From: an uncultured delta proteobacterium
Lineage (GTDB): Bacteria > Myxococcota_A > Polyangia > Fen-1088
Assembly (NCBI GenBank): GCA_963796685.1
Contig: CAWCMR010000006.1
Span: 32,001-96,000 of the forward strand
Length of the DNA stretch: 64,000 nucleotides
Reading direction: 5' to 3'
The notes beneath the pieces are model-generated. The model searched no databases and had not been told where the DNA came from. It saw nothing but the letters and a program-made list of their open reading frames with translations. The position numbers and the translations under genes are program-made. Numbering within the stretch: position 1 is the first letter of the stretch; each line of letters begins with the position of its first letter. This document shows positions 50,106 through 62,303 of this stretch, piece after piece.

Positions 50106-50801
50106 CTACTTGAGGGTGGTGCGGAGCTCCTTGCGAGCGGTGTAGAGCTCCCAGAACTTTTCGGCAACGGTCTTGCCCTCGATGGTTGCGCCCTGGCCAC
50201 GGTCGAAGGGCGTGCCCTTGATCGTCCCGGAAATCATGATCTCGCCGACGTAGATCCCGTCGGCCTCGAGCTTCCTCGCGAGTAGGCCCACCAGCTTGTG
50301 CTTGGCGGCATTGCTGACGCCGAGGCCCATCAACCCATACTGCACCAGCATGCCGTCCACGGTCGGATCGACGAAGCCGGCCCCGCCGTTGGTCACGAGG
50401 AGCGCGCCTTTCTCGCTCTTGAGGTCGGTGAGCGCGGTCTGCACGGCGGCGACGAGCCCGCAGACCGACACGTCGAAGAGCGAGCGAATCTCCTCGGCGC
50501 TCGCCGCGAGGATGTCCGCGGCGACGCTGCCCGAGGTGTACGCGGTCCACTCGATGACCGAGATCGGACCGAGGGCAGCGCGGGCTTTGTCCACGACCTG
50601 GCGAACCGCGGTGGGGTTGCCGAGATCGGCCACGAAGGCCTCAGCCTTCACCCCCTTGGCCTGCAGGGCCTTCACGCCGTCCTCCAGCTTCTTGGCACTG
50701 CGTCCGATGACCGCGACCTGAAACCCTTCGGCGCCGAACTTCTCGGCAACCGCAGCCGAGATGCCGGGACCGTAACCTGCCACGAGGATAGTCTTCTTCA
50801 T
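50106..50801 (-). CDS. short-chain dehydrogenase/reductase
   Basis: VAGYGPGIS Rossmann motif. Confidence 0.85.
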   Translation of the reverse strand: MKKTILVAGYGPGISAAVAEKFGAEGFQVAVIGRSAKKLEDGVKALQAKGVKAEAFVADLGNPTAVRQVVDKARAALGPISVIEWTAYTSGSVAADILAASAEEIRSLFDVSVCGLVAAVQTALTDLKSEKGALLVTNGGAGFVDPTVDGMLVQYGLMGLGVSNAAKHKLVGLLARKLEADGIYVGEIMISGTIKGTPFDRGQGATIEGKTVAEKFWELYTARKELRTTLK

Positions 50802-50900
50802 GGTCCTTGGATGATTACAGAGTCCGGGGCGTTGCAAACCAGAGTGCTTCACCCGGCCGCTCGCTGAGCGCTCGTCACGCGGTGCTTTCAGAAAAGATGA

Positions 50901-51374
50901 TCATGATGGGTCCTCCATGTTTTCAACAAGGGCCGCCTGAATTGCGGCGATGCCTCCAACGAGCTCTTGGAGTTGTGGAGTGTCGAAGGCGTGGAACCAG
51001 GCGCGCTTGCGGGTGGCAAACACGCCGCGGCATGCCTGTGCGAGGGAAAGTCCTTTCGCTGATACGGAGAGCCAGGCGGAACGACGGTCCTCGGGATGAG
51101 GCGCAACCTCAACGAGGCCCATGTCCACGAGCTTCTTCACCACCTTCGAGACATGGGCGCGCTCTAGCAGGAGCCGATTGGTCACGTCCTTCTGCTGTAC
51201 TCGGCCCGCGTGAAATATCTCGAACAGGACCGAGAACTGCTGGTGGTTAAGCCCATGCGGTGAGAGCAGCCGGTTGCTCTCTCGTTCGATCAAGGCCCCG
51301 ATGTTCATGAGCTTGCCGACCAGCCGAGAGGCCGCCTCTTCCCGCTTCGCTGGGGAGTGTGCGTTTGTTGCCAC
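50901..51374 (-). CDS. MarR-family regulator
   Basis: GLNHQQFSVL, VSKVVKKL..MGLV...EDRR. Confidence 0.88.
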   Translation of the reverse strand: MATNAHSPAKREEAASRLVGKLMNIGALIERESNRLLSPHGLNHQQFSVLFEIFHAGRVQQKDVTNRLLLERAHVSKVVKKLVDMGLVEVAPHPEDRRSAWLSVSAKGLSLAQACRGVFATRKRAWFHAFDTPQLQELVGGIAAIQAALVENMEDPS

Positions 51375-51411
51375 AGCAACAATATGGCATCATGATGTTT
51401 CCGTGGCAACA
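51365..51411. promoter_or_regulatory. paired palindromic operator (MarR)
   Basis: TTGTTGC-N4-GCAACAA and TGTTTC-N4-GCAACA at the marR start. Confidence 0.6.
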
Positions 51412-51715
51412 ACAAAATTGCGAGGTGCAAGAGCCGTGTGCCCAAGTTGCCTCGGCCACCGCAAGCAGGCGCCACCGGTGTGCATTCCCTGGTCGGCGGC
51501 GGGTCGAGAGGTCAAGCCAGATCTGCGCCATTCGGCAGCACGGTATTGCCCTCCAAGGGCCTCCTCACTCGCCGCGAGCTGGCCGCGCGGCTCGGGCTCC
51601 GAGAATCCGACGAGCTCGACGCCTCGTACATGGGCTTCGGGGTCAAGACCGAGAGCAAGTCATGACCGCCCGAACCAGGTGCTCCTGGGCCAGCCGCAAC
51701 ATCTCTCGTCAAGCG

Positions 51716-52279
51716 CTAGCGCCGCTCCAGGAACCCCTTGCCTTCGAAGATCGCCGGCATTGCCTTTTCGATTCGCGCCACCCGCGTCGCCGGCTGCTTG
51801 GCCGCGGCGAAGTGGTAGAGGTAGCTCCTCTGCCGCCCCGGCGTCAGCGCCTCGAAGGCGCGTTTGAAGCGTGGGTTTCTTCGAAACTGCTCCGTCAGCT
51901 CTTCCGGCACCGGAAAATCCGAGGTCTTCTTCTTCGCCATTCGCAGCCCGGCCTTCTCGACTGCGATGGCCTCGCGCACGTAGTCCTTGATGGTCGCCGC
52001 CTTGGTGGTGATCTCTTTCACGCTGGTGAACTTCATCACCCGCCCGGCGTGGACGCGGCCAAGCTGCACCAGCACCTTCTTGGGATCCTTCAGCAGGGCG
52101 CCCTGGAAGAAACCCAGCCCGAAGTACTCTTTGAAGCCTTGCATGATGACGACGTTCTTCTCACCCACCGTGTAGGTGGGCTTGCCCCACTTACACTCCT
52201 CCTTCATCGCAAGGTCGGCGAGCACTCGCCGCATCTCTGCGATCTCTGCTTTCCACCGCTCTCGATAGGCCATCTCCAT
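51716..52279 (-). CDS. YdeI/OmpD-associated (DUF1801) protein
   Basis: KWGKPTY, FFQGALLKD, LTPGRQRSY. Confidence 0.88.
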   Translation of the reverse strand: MEMAYRERWKAEIAEMRRVLADLAMKEECKWGKPTYTVGEKNVVIMQGFKEYFGLGFFQGALLKDPKKVLVQLGRVHAGRVMKFTSVKEITTKAATIKDYVREAIAVEKAGLRMAKKKTSDFPVPEELTEQFRRNPRFKRAFEALTPGRQRSYLYHFAAAKQPATRVARIEKAMPAIFEGKGFLERR

Positions 52280-52312
52280 GCCAGCACCTCTTCCGGTAGC
52301 TTGGTGCCTCGA

Positions 52313-52960
52313 TCAAGGGCTGGTGGGGCGCTCGGGGGCCGCTTGCGGAACGTCCATGAGCCCCTGTTGCACCACGAAGTCGGCCACCGCGGCCACGCCC
52401 ACGCCTTGTCTGATGTTGGTGAACAGGAACGGGCGCTTTCCGCGTTGCACGCGCGCATCGCGGTCCATGACCTCGAGCGAGGCGCCGACGTAGGGGGCGA
52501 GGTCGATCTTGTTGATCACCAGGAGATCCGACTTGGTGATGCCGGGGCCGCCCTTGCGCGGGATCTTGTCCCCGCCGGCCACGTCGATGACGTAGATGGT
52601 GAGGTCTGCCAGCTCGGGGCTGAAGGTGGCGGCCAGGTTGTCGCCGCCGCTTTCCACCAGAATCATATCCAACCCCGGAAAGCGTCGGATGAGGTCGTCG
52701 ATGGCCGAGAGGTTGATGGATGCGTCCTCGCGGATGGCCGTGTGCGGACAGCCGCCGGTCTCCACGCCCACGATGCGCTCCGTGGGCAAGGCGCCGCTCC
52801 TGACGAGGAACTGGGCGTCCTCTTTGGTGTAGATGTCGTTGGTGACGACGGCGATGTTGAAGCGATCGCGCAGGTGTTTGCATAGAGCGTCGACCAGGGC
52901 GGTCTTGCCCGATCCGACCGGGCCTGCGACGCCGACGCGCAAGGGTTGGTGTTCGTTCAC
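52313..52960 (-). CDS. ureG: urease accessory GTPase
   Basis: [24 protein letters not shown]. Confidence 0.96.
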   Translation of the reverse strand: MNEHQPLRVGVAGPVGSGKTALVDALCKHLRDRFNIAVVTNDIYTKEDAQFLVRSGALPTERIVGVETGGCPHTAIREDASINLSAIDDLIRRFPGLDMILVESGGDNLAATFSPELADLTIYVIDVAGGDKIPRKGGPGITKSDLLVINKIDLAPYVGASLEVMDRDARVQRGKRPFLFTNIRQGVGVAAVADFVVQQGLMDVPQAAPERPTSP

Positions 52961-52971
52961 GACAAGTCTCC

Positions 52972-53748
52972 TTAGGATCGGCAAAGCCGCGAATAGAGGG
53001 TTTCGTGCAGAGCGCTGGCGATGGCTTGGGCGGGCGCTGTGGCGCCAATATCGTCGTCGGGAAGAGCCTGGGCGCCCGCCACGGCGCCCTCGATGACCGG
53101 CAAGGACCGAGAAAGGATACGCTGAGCCGCTCCTTGGCCGAGGGGACAGAGTCGCGTGGCCGCACCCACCTGGGCTTCGGTCCACGCGAAGGCATATCCG
53201 GTCGCTGCCGAGGTCGCCGGGATCTCCCAACGGACCGCGGCCAGGGCGAACAGGGTGGCGTGGGTGACGTGCGCCGCCGTCAACCAAGCGTGGGCGCCGT
53301 CCACGCCCAGACCGTCGAGAACCCGGGCCAGCGCTCCGCCCAGGTGTCGCTCTTCCGCCTGCAGCTCGGAGCTGCCACGCGAGGCGAAGAGGAGCTCGCT
53401 CCAGCGATGGACGGCGCCGTCGTCCCCGGATGCGAACGCCGCGTGCAAGCGAAGCAGGATGGGAAGATCCAGTCTCCCCAAGGCATTCGACAGCAAACCG
53501 AGAATCCAGGCCTCAGCGGACGCCTCGTCGTTCACCCATGAAAGGGCGATGGCTTGTTCGAGCCCTTGCGAGTAGGCGAACGCGCCGATGGGGAGCGCGG
53601 GGCTGGCGAGGTGCATGAGACGCAGCAGCGGTACGCCCGCGACCCCTGGTGAGAAAGCCGACGCCGGCGCGAGCTCCGCTAGCGCGGCGATGCTAGAGCA
53701 CCGAATGGGTTGAATCGCCGGAGAATTCGATGACCTGCGCATGTGCAA
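52972..53748 (-). CDS. ureF: urease accessory protein (start uncertain)
   Basis: [18 protein letters not shown]; HETLYSRL. Confidence 0.9.
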   Translation of the reverse strand: MHMRRSSNSPAIQPIRCSSIAALAELAPASAFSPGVAGVPLLRLMHLASPALPIGAFAYSQGLEQAIALSWVNDEASAEAWILGLLSNALGRLDLPILLRLHAAFASGDDGAVHRWSELLFASRGSSELQAEERHLGGALARVLDGLGVDGAHAWLTAAHVTHATLFALAAVRWEIPATSAATGYAFAWTEAQVGAATRLCPLGQGAAQRILSRSLPVIEGAVAGAQALPDDDIGATAPAQAIASALHETLYSRLCRS

Positions 53749-53758
53749 GCACTTTCAT

Positions 53759-53880
53759 CCCCTCGCCCCGCGTAGCGGGGAGAGGGCTAGGGTGAGGGGC
53801 CGACGTCGAAGATGAAGCGATGCCCCCTCTCCCGCCGCGCTACGCGCGTCGGCCTCTCCCCGCTCGCGCGGGGCGAGGCG
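53759..53880. repeat. REP-type palindromic doublet
   Basis: CCTCGCCCCG..CGGGGAGAGGG and CCTCTCCCCG..CGGGGCGAGG in inverted arrangement between ureE and ureF. Confidence 0.75.
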
Positions 53881-53938
53881 AAAGATCTCGGCGCTCGCAA
53901 CTGCTCGAAATTGCCGCTGTTCCAAACCGTTCGGTGTT

Positions 53939-54409
53939 CTAGTGCTCATGGCGTTCCTCATGTCCGTGTCCGTGGCTGTATCCGCCGGCCTCGGGTTCGA
54001 AGGGCCGCTGTTCGACGACCACGGCCAGACCGAGCGCGCGGACCATGTCGTCGAGCACGTGGTCGTGCCCATAGGCCAGCCAGTCCGGACCGATCTGCAA
54101 GGGGACGTGCCGGTTGCCCAGGTGGTAGGCGGCGCGAGCCAAGAGGTGGCGATCCGTCGTGTGCGCCACGGACAACGTCTCCGCAATGGCCCTGACCACG
54201 ACCGGCACCCTCTCGTCGTCGTCGCAAAGACAGTCCCCTTCGCGCAGGATCGTTCCCCTGGCAAGAAACACCGCCACTTCGCGCCCATCATCGAGACTGG
54301 CGCGCAGGCGACTTTTTCGCCGAGCCTCGAACGGGAGCGTCAGCGAAGCCATGCCTCTTTCACCCACGAGGGCGGGTCTTGCACCGATCATTCTGCGCAG
54401 ATTCAACAT
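53939..54409 (-). CDS. ureE: urease Ni chaperone
   Basis: [17 protein letters not shown], His-rich tail. Confidence 0.93.
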   Translation of the reverse strand: MLNLRRMIGARPALVGERGMASLTLPFEARRKSRLRASLDDGREVAVFLARGTILREGDCLCDDDERVPVVVRAIAETLSVAHTTDRHLLARAAYHLGNRHVPLQIGPDWLAYGHDHVLDDMVRALGLAVVVEQRPFEPEAGGYSHGHGHEERHEH

Positions 54410-54421
54410 GGGCCTCGTCCT

Positions 54422-56130
<1,709 letters not shown>

Positions 56131-56134
<4 letters not shown>

Positions 56135-56760
56135 GCGGCCCCCTTGTCGAGGGGCCCCATCACCTCGCCGCGGAATCCCTGCACCACGCGGTCGCCGGAG
56201 AAGGCGCACAGCTCGACGGTCCGGGTTTGTCCGGGCTCGAAGCGTACGGCGGTGCCCGCAGGAATGTTCAGGCGATAGCCGCGCGTCTTCGCTCGGTCGA
56301 AGCGCAGGGCGGGATTGGTCTCGAAGAAGTGATAGTGCGATCCCACTTGGATAGGTCGGTCGCCGGTGTTGGCGACCTCGAGGGTGAGGGTGGCGCGACC
56401 CTCGTTGAGGACGATCTCGCCGGGCGTGGTCGTCACCTCGCCGGGAACGAAATGCGAAGGTTGAATGGGCTGGTGAACCGTGACCAGCTTCGTGCCGTCG
56501 GGGAACGTCGCTTCGACTTGCACCTCGGGGATCAGCTCGGCCACGCCTTCCATCACGTCGTCGGAGCCGAGGAGCTGGGTTCCGTAGGTCATCAAGTCGG
56601 CAACGCTTCGACCGTCGCGTGCGCCTTCCAGAATCGCCGCGGAGATGTACGCCACGGCTTCGGGATAATTCAGCTTCAGCCCGCGGGCCTTTCTGCGCTC
56701 GGCGAGAAGGCCGGCCGCGAAGAGGAGAAGCTTTTCTTGTTCACGAGGAAGTAGGTCCAT
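56131..56760 (-). CDS. ureAB: fused urease gamma/beta subunit
   Basis: LLPREQEKL...[14 protein letters not shown] then PGE...[15 protein letters not shown] in one ORF. Confidence 0.95.
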
Positions 56761-56774
56761 GGCTCTCCGACGAA

Positions 56775-57650
56775 TCAGGTTGACCAGATGCGGGGAAGGC
56801 AAACCGGACGACCGATGAGTGTCGGTCGCAAGATGCGCCAAGCCTTCTCGAATAGGATGCGGGCATGCTCGGCGCCGTTTCCGAGGTAGCGAAAGATCAG
56901 GGCGCCACCGACCTCGCTGGCGGAGACGAGCTCACCTTCGTCCACGCGGAGCCCGCGTAACTCGTGCAGCAGGGCTTGTCGGGTTTCGTGGGCCGGGCCT
57001 TCGTCGCTCAATCTCGGCAAAGCCGCAAGCAGTGTCCCGGTAACGGTTGCGCCCCGCAAACCCCAGGTCGCGTCTTGCATGTCGGCTGCGTAGCGCGCCC
57101 GTTCCAGGACCATGGGCCGCCCGTCGCGCCACAGCTCGAAGTGCTGTCGACAAGAGGAGCCGGCGCCGAAACGCTCGCCGCACGCGGGGCGGCCGAGGCA
57201 CAGGATGTCCCAGCCGATGAACGCGGCGGAGCCTGACAATTCGATTCGGGTCGTGAGGTGCGCGCGGGCGCCTTCGAAGAGGATGGTCTCTTGGGGCAGC
57301 CATTCGACGGCCGAGCCCGCTGCCGCTCGAACGGTTTGTACTTGGCGAGAGGTGCGACCGTCGCTGCGATAGATCTTGGTCGCCGCGGGCGAAGTGACGA
57401 GCGCGTGCGCTCCCTCCTCCACCGCGATGTCCAGCCCGAGGGCGTCCCCGGGCACGATTCCGCCGGGGGGATGCAGGATGTACGCGTGGCACACCTTGGG
57501 GCCCTCGGGGAAAAACGGTCGCTGCACCACCAGCGGTCCCTGGTGGCCGCGACGGCGCAGCTCGGTTGCACCCGCCCTGGCGGAGAAGGTCAGCGCCAGC
57601 GACGCCTTCCAAGATGAGGAAGCCGAGACGTCAACCGGCGCTGAATGCAA
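56775..57650 (-). CDS. ureD: urease accessory protein (start approximate)
   Basis: [33 protein letters not shown]. Confidence 0.92.
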   Translation of the reverse strand: MHSAPVDVSASSSWKASLALTFSARAGATELRRRGHQGPLVVQRPFFPEGPKVCHAYILHPPGGIVPGDALGLDIAVEEGAHALVTSPAATKIYRSDGRTSRQVQTVRAAAGSAVEWLPQETILFEGARAHLTTRIELSGSAAFIGWDILCLGRPACGERFGAGSSCRQHFELWRDGRPMVLERARYAADMQDATWGLRGATVTGTLLAALPRLSDEGPAHETRQALLHELRGLRVDEGELVSASEVGGALIFRYLGNGAEHARILFEKAWRILRPTLIGRPVCLPRIWST

Positions 57651-57984
57651 CGGGACGCTCCCAGATGACGAGCACGACGCAGCCCTCGGGACTGCTGACG
57701 TCATGGCTGCTGCCAGGCGGATTGACGACCAGCGTGCCGGCCGCATGGGTGCCTCGGGCATCGACCTGCGCGCCGTGGAGAACGTAGACGTGCTCGTAGC
57801 CTTGATGGCAGTGTCGCGGAATGGTCGCTCCCGGCGCGTATTGCAGCAGGGCCGCCGAGGGGCCGCTATCGCCCTGGCCGTAGAGGCGATGGATGCCCAC
57901 ACCGGGCCGGTAGGGAGCCCAGTCGAAGTCCGGGCTGAGAGCGCGGCGCGAAAGCTCCGAAATGACAAGCGTGTCTCCGTTCAC
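57631..57984 (-). CDS. ChrR-like cupin protein
   Basis: [16 protein letters not shown] and NPPGSSH metal-binding motifs; GTGA-coupled to biuH. Confidence 0.8.
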   Translation of the reverse strand: MNGDTLVISELSRRALSPDFDWAPYRPGVGIHRLYGQGDSGPSAALLQYAPGATIPRHCHQGYEHVYVLHGAQVDARGTHAAGTLVVNPPGSSHDVSSPEGCVVLVIWERPVAFSAG

Positions 57985-58682
57985 GCGGCTTGCAGGGCCT
58001 CCAGCAAGGCGCCCGAGTCCGAAACGGCACCGAATACGCCATTTTGCATCTTCACCATCTTGAGCGCCGCCAGGTGATTGCCGACGTCGGTGGCGGCGCA
58101 ACAATCGCCGAGCAAGAGGCACTCGTACCCGCGATCGTTGGCCTCGCGCATGGTCGTGTGGACGCAGACGTCGGTGGTGATGCCGGTGAGAACGAGATTG
58201 CGGATGCCGCGCTGGCGGAGAATGAGGTCCAGATCGGTGGCGCAGAACGAGCCCTTGCCGGGCTTGTCGATGATGGTTTCACCTGCCACGGGAGAAAGCT
58301 CGGGGATGATGTCCCAGCCCGGCTCGCCGCGAACGAGCACGCGCCCGCAGGGGCCCGGGTCGCCGATTCCCACGCCGCGGTTGCCGGGCGTCTGGCGCGA
58401 ACGCCAGCGCTTGTTGGCGGGAAGATCGGAGAGATCCGGCCGGTGCCCCTCCCGCGTGTGCAGAACGGGGAAGCCCTTGCTCCGCATCAAGGTCAGCACC
58501 TTGCGGATGGGCTCGATGCAGGCCCGGGTCAGGGAAATGTCGTAGCCGAGCAAATCGATGTAGCCGCCCTTGCCACAAAAATCCGTCTGCATGTCGATTA
58601 CGATAAGCGCGGTATTTTCTCGACCAAGATCGCCATCCCAGGGCCAGGGATAGGGGTCGGCGGGGATGAGCTGTTGTTTCAT
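57981..58682 (-). CDS. biuH: biuret hydrolase (isochorismatase-like cysteine hydrolase)
   Basis: [50 protein letters not shown], closely matching my recall of Rhizobium BiuH. Confidence 0.88.
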   Translation of the reverse strand: MKQQLIPADPYPWPWDGDLGRENTALIVIDMQTDFCGKGGYIDLLGYDISLTRACIEPIRKVLTLMRSKGFPVLHTREGHRPDLSDLPANKRWRSRQTPGNRGVGIGDPGPCGRVLVRGEPGWDIIPELSPVAGETIIDKPGKGSFCATDLDLILRQRGIRNLVLTGITTDVCVHTTMREANDRGYECLLLGDCCAATDVGNHLAALKMVKMQNGVFGAVSDSGALLEALQAA

Positions 58683-58864
58683 GCCAAAGTCCCTTTCCTA
58701 TCGGTCTTCTTGTTCATCGGGGCATCCGTGCATGCGCACGTCAGTTATGATCCGGGCCATGTTTCTCCCAGTTTTCTAAAGACCAAACTTGTCGTAAATT
58801 CTCACGCGCTTGCTTCGGCGTTGTTGCGCCGGGGGACAGGAGGCGGCCAAGATTGGCCCCACGC

Positions 58865-60715
58865 ATGTCTTCACCTGTCGTAAATAGGGAGTGGTTCTGT
58901 CCGGCTTTGGAGGGGGTCGAGACCGGCTACGGCACGCGGCGCTTCTCGCCCACGGAGCTCATCGTGGACATGGTCGAGCGCGCCTCGACCGAGGAAGGCG
59001 CTGGGGTGTGGATTCACCGTGTGGCGAAGGACGACGTGGTCCGGAACATCAGGGACATCGAGGCGCGTCGTGTTGCAGGAGCATCCCTTCCCCTGTTCGG
59101 CGTGCCCTTCGCGGTGAAGGACAACATCGACGTGGCGGGCATGCCGACCACTGCCGCGTGTCCGGCTTTCGCCCATACCCCCAAGCGTTCGGCGGTTGCC
59201 GTCCAGCGTTTGCTCGACGCCGGGGCCATCGTCCTTGGCAAGACCAATATGGACCAGTTCGCGACGGGTCTCGTGGGGACTCGGTCGCCCCATGGGATTC
59301 CACGCAATCCCTTCGACCCTCGCTACATTCCCGGTGGCTCCAGCTCGGGTTCGGCGGTCGCCGTGGCCACCGGCATGGCCACCTTCGCGCTTGGCACCGA
59401 TACGGCGGGCTCGGGCCGGGTTCCTGCGGCCTTCAACAACATCGTCGGGATGAAGCCGAGCCATGGCGCGATCAGCACCACGGGCGTCGTTCCCGCATGC
59501 CGCTCCCTCGATTGTGTATCGGTGTTCGCCTTGTCCTGCAGCGACGCGTGGCGAGTATTCGAAGTCGTCCGTCATTTCGACCCGACCGATCCTTTCGCCT
59601 GTGAATGGCGCGATATTGCATCTCTGGGTGCGAGACCTCGTGGTTCCGCGTTTCGATTCGGACTACCGGACGCCGAACACCTGGAGTTCTTCGGCGACGA
59701 GCTGGCTCGCGCTGCCTTCGCCCAAGCCGTGGAGAGGTTGCGTACCCTGGGCGGTCAAGCGGTTTCAGTCGATTTCTCCCCTTTCCGGGAAGTCGCGCAG
59801 TTGCTCTACGGCGGGCCCTGGGCTGCGGAGCGATTGGTTGCCACGGGCAAAGTCCTGGGTGAATGTCCCGACGCTCTCGACCCCGATGTGAGGGCCATCT
59901 TGCGCGATGCTTGCCGCTTCGAGGCCAAGGATGTCTTTCTCGCCCAGGAGACCTTGCGGCTACTCGACCGGCGTACGCAATCCACCTGGCGCGAGGTCGA
60001 CGTCCTGGTAACGCCCACCGCTCCCACCATCTATACGATCGACCAGATCCGGGCCGAACCACTCGGCCTCAACAGCAACCTCGGCTACTACACCAATTTC
60101 GTGAACCTGCTCGACCTCTGCGCGCTGGCGGTTCCCGCCGGGTTTCGTTCCGATCGGCTACCGTCCGGGATTACGCTGCTCGCGCCCAAAGGGAACGATG
60201 CCGGGTTGGCCATGCTGGGAGCCCGCTTTCATGCTCTCAGCAGCCATAGCGTAGGGGTCTTTCAACGGGCTCCATCCGGGCGCGATGCGCTCCCGACGGT
60301 TGCACCGGAACAGGAAGGCATCTGCATTGCGGTGTTGGGAGCCCATCTCTCGGGAGAGCCGCTCAATCATCAGCTCGTCGACCTGGGGGCGAGCTTCGTG
60401 AGAAGCGCCCGGACCGCATCTCGCTATCGCTTGTACGAGTTGCCGAACACGACTCCACCCAAGCCCGGGTTGGTTCGTTGCGAGAACGACGAGGGGGCCG
60501 CCATCGAGCTGGAGATTTGGCGGATGTCACCCGCGGCCTTTGGCTCCTTCGTCGCTCGCATAGCCGCGCCCCTTTGCATCGGGAGCATCGAGCTGGCCAA
60601 TGGGGAGCGTGTTCAGGGCTTTCTCTGCGAGCACCACGCTGTTGCCCACGCCCGGGACATTTCCCTATATGGCGGCTGGCGCTCGTATCGAAGGTCGTTG
60701 CCAATAGGGCCGTAA
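58865..60715 (+). CDS. atzF: allophanate hydrolase
   Basis: VKDNID, GGSSSGSA, TDTAGSGRVPA, YTNFVNLLD, C-domain GAHLSG...GGWR. Confidence 0.93.
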   Translation: MSSPVVNREWFCPALEGVETGYGTRRFSPTELIVDMVERASTEEGAGVWIHRVAKDDVVRNIRDIEARRVAGASLPLFGVPFAVKDNIDVAGMPTTAACPAFAHTPKRSAVAVQRLLDAGAIVLGKTNMDQFATGLVGTRSPHGIPRNPFDPRYIPGGSSSGSAVAVATGMATFALGTDTAGSGRVPAAFNNIVGMKPSHGAISTTGVVPACRSLDCVSVFALSCSDAWRVFEVVRHFDPTDPFACEWRDIASLGARPRGSAFRFGLPDAEHLEFFGDELARAAFAQAVERLRTLGGQAVSVDFSPFREVAQLLYGGPWAAERLVATGKVLGECPDALDPDVRAILRDACRFEAKDVFLAQETLRLLDRRTQSTWREVDVLVTPTAPTIYTIDQIRAEPLGLNSNLGYYTNFVNLLDLCALAVPAGFRSDRLPSGITLLAPKGNDAGLAMLGARFHALSSHSVGVFQRAPSGRDALPTVAPEQEGICIAVLGAHLSGEPLNHQLVDLGASFVRSARTASRYRLYELPNTTPPKPGLVRCENDEGAAIELEIWRMSPAAFGSFVARIAAPLCIGSIELANGERVQGFLCEHHAVAHARDISLYGGWRSYRRSLPIGP

Positions 60716-60945
60716 AGATACCGAGAAGGGGTCAAGTTATGCCTTTGCACATGTTACCTACCTTTTGGTGGAACGAAATCCGTCGTTAACATCGCCATTG
60801 TATATTCACACATGTCATCCGAAGTGGGACCCCCAAGGTCCGAATTCAATGGCAACAGCATAGGTAAAGGTACTTTCCAAACAGCGCACACGGCTCAATC
60901 GCAAGCAACCGAGGGCTGCGTGTCAACTAGAGGAGAAAAGAACAC

Positions 60946-62253
60946 ATGCGATTACCCTTCCGACAAGGCGTGTCATTCAAGCTCGTGCTCGTAGGCGGCC
61001 TGGGCGCAGTTGGCTTCATGGTGGCCAGTGCCAGTGCGCAAGAGGCGACGGCGCCCGCTGAAGCGGTACCATCGGCCACGGCGGGCGCGAGCCCCGAACC
61101 GGCCGCGGCCGCTCCGGCTACACCGCCTGCGCCTCCTGCACCCGCGATGCCGGCACCGCCTCCGCCGCCCACGATGCCGCCGCAGCCTCCTCCGGCCATG
61201 GCGGCGCCGTCGATGGCTCCGAGCGTGCCGTTGAAGGAGGAGCCCGTGCCCATCAAGACGGTCTTCGGTCTACGGACATCCGGTCGCATCCAGGGCGGCA
61301 GCGATCCCAAGAAGCTGAACGATGTCAGTCTCGACACGCTTTACCTCGAGGCCCGCTTCAGCGGGGCCGTGGACAAGTACTTCGGATGGCAGGCGAACTT
61401 CAATGGCAACGCCAAGCCGGCGGGAACCAGCGGTCCAGCCAATATCATGGACATGATTCTGAAGATCGACGCCGACGATGCCTTCCACGTGTGGGCCGGC
61501 CGATTGTTGGTGCCGTCGGACCGCTCGAATTTCAGCGGCCCCTTCTTCATGAGCCCCTGGAATTACCCCGGTGTCTATTCCGTCGGTTCTTTGGGAGGAT
61601 TCATCGGTCCCAAGACCGGGGCCACCGGTCGCGACGATGGCGTCGTGGTGTGGGGTCAGGTCCTGAAGGGGAAGGGGAAGTACTTTCTGGGTGCCTTCAA
61701 TCTCGACAATGTCCAGCAAAGTCCCCTCTATTCGGGGCGCATCAACATCGCCCTGCTGGGCGAGGAACCGGGGTTTTGGGGCAGCAGCACCTATTACGGC
61801 GACAAGGATATTGTCGCCATTGGTGGCGCCTACCAATACCAAAAGCACGGTTCGGGGACGATCGATCCGGCAACGCTCGACGGCGACGTCAATTTGAATA
61901 TCGTCATTGGAGACCTTCTGGCGGAGAAGAATCTGCCCGGCGTGGGAACCTTCTCGCTCGAGGGGACATACTACCATTTCGACAAGGGCAATCCGCTCGC
62001 CAAGCAGGCGTTCTATGTTCTGGCCAGCTTTCTCACTGAGGACTACGTGGGCATAGGGAAGCTACAACCCCTGGTCAGGTGGCAGCAAACGTCGCCCCAG
62101 TCTGGAGGCACGAAGATGACCATGCTGGACGCCTTCGTGACCTACGTGATCCACAGCTACGACCTGAAGCTTACGGCAGGGTACCAGCGCACGGATCTTG
62201 GCAACTCGGTGGTGGGCAATGCCATCCAAGTCGGCTTTCAAATACAGGAATAG
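60946..62253 (+). CDS. outer-membrane porin-like protein
   Basis: Signal peptide, Pro-rich linker, WAGRLLVPSDRSNFSGP, amphipathic strands, terminal QVGFQIQE; upstream of urtA. Confidence 0.7.
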   Translation: MRLPFRQGVSFKLVLVGGLGAVGFMVASASAQEATAPAEAVPSATAGASPEPAAAAPATPPAPPAPAMPAPPPPPTMPPQPPPAMAAPSMAPSVPLKEEPVPIKTVFGLRTSGRIQGGSDPKKLNDVSLDTLYLEARFSGAVDKYFGWQANFNGNAKPAGTSGPANIMDMILKIDADDAFHVWAGRLLVPSDRSNFSGPFFMSPWNYPGVYSVGSLGGFIGPKTGATGRDDGVVVWGQVLKGKGKYFLGAFNLDNVQQSPLYSGRINIALLGEEPGFWGSSTYYGDKDIVAIGGAYQYQKHGSGTIDPATLDGDVNLNIVIGDLLAEKNLPGVGTFSLEGTYYHFDKGNPLAKQAFYVLASFLTEDYVGIGKLQPLVRWQQTSPQSGGTKMTMLDAFVTYVIHSYDLKLTAGYQRTDLGNSVVGNAIQVGFQIQE

Positions 62254-62303
62254 ATCAACCCTTCACAAGAAACGATGTTTTTCACTCCACGGGAGGAATT
62301 CCA

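Noticed and set aside
51480-51665. Possible gene remnant on the + strand
   Set aside because: No recognisable motif or clear start.
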